From: Dicyema japonicum
Taxonomy: Eukaryota > Animalia > Dicyemida
NCBI GenBank assembly: GCA_011109175.1
Contig: RDEW01000042.1
Coordinates: forward strand, 378,504-442,503
Length of the DNA: 64,000 bases
Reading direction: 5' to 3'
Both the position numbers and the translations under genes were made by a program. The notes below the pieces were generated by a model, which worked only from the letters and a program-made list of their open reading frames with translations, ran no database searches and had not been told where the DNA came from. Shown here piece after piece: positions 63,430 to 64,000 of the stretch. Numbering within the stretch: the first letter of the stretch is position 1; each line of letters begins with the position of its first letter.

Positions 63430-63545
63430 AGATCAATAATAATGCAGCTTCAAAAGCACGCATGACAATGTTGTTCATAGCAGCGTGGCGGGTGCTCTTC
63501 TCGCATTCCTCTAGCATGAAAGCGGATGGAGCCCTTTGGCATCTA
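63430..63545 (-). mobile_element. CRE-like fragment
   Basis: GLHPLSC...RHAAMNNIVMRAFEAA. Confidence 0.75.
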
Positions 63546-64000
63546 CGATTCCTCCAATATAAATGGAAATATCTACTTACATGACTATATGCAATCTACG
63601 ACTAAACGCTATTTAGGAATGAAAATTTCTAAATTGAAGAATTAGTGTTTACTCCTTCATAGCAATACAGGGGTAAAAATACTCTTTTGGAACATTTTTC
63701 TCAATTAAAATTAAATGATATACAATCATAGTGATAATTATATAAAATTGAAATTAATTGACAACAAATCCATATATACTTTGTCTTCTCTACATCATCA
63801 GTATTTAATCCTACAACCATCACTATAGTAGATCTTATACATCCAGGGGGTCTTAAATGCGACTACCACCAAATGTATGACAAATTAAACTACCCTCTCG
63901 AATTCCCCCATAAGACAATACCTAATTATATAACACGGACAACCTTATTTATTCCATGTAATCTCTACCATCAAAGTCTTCTATTTACAGAACTTTTACA

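Noticed and set aside
1-64000. Bacterial, phage or organellar origin; rRNA/tRNA genes
   Set aside because: No operon-like gene density or recognisable structural RNA; spliceosomal introns and eukaryotic TEs dominate. Most listed short ORFs are off-frame or antisense pieces of TE remnants.

Overview
AT-rich eukaryotic nuclear DNA, read by eye with no database search. Most coordinates are approximate (about +/-20 bp) unless a TSD, TIR or splice site fixes them. The window is mostly decayed transposons: many non-LTR retrotransposon fragments (APE-RT LINEs, RTE, R4/Dong-like, and about 14 CRE-like RLE pieces), hAT, pogo/Tigger and a Ginger-type integrase. It also holds one nearly intact MULE with tandem-repeat TIRs and a 9-bp TSD, a non-autonomous foldback element carrying a LINE fragment, and a 95-bp satellite array. 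Among these lie intron-bearing host genes or gene copies with very short GT-AG introns (22-33 nt): IQUB (heavily damaged), HP1/CBX, an AP-1 sigma subunit and WASHC2/FAM21 (heavily damaged). Intron positions in the AP-1 sigma and HP1 genes match animal orthologues as I recall them, and IQUB is a motile-cilium gene. This points to a ciliated organism with miniaturised introns, for example a dicyemid-like animal; that identification is inference only. I found no prokaryotic genes, rRNA, tRNA or CRISPR array.
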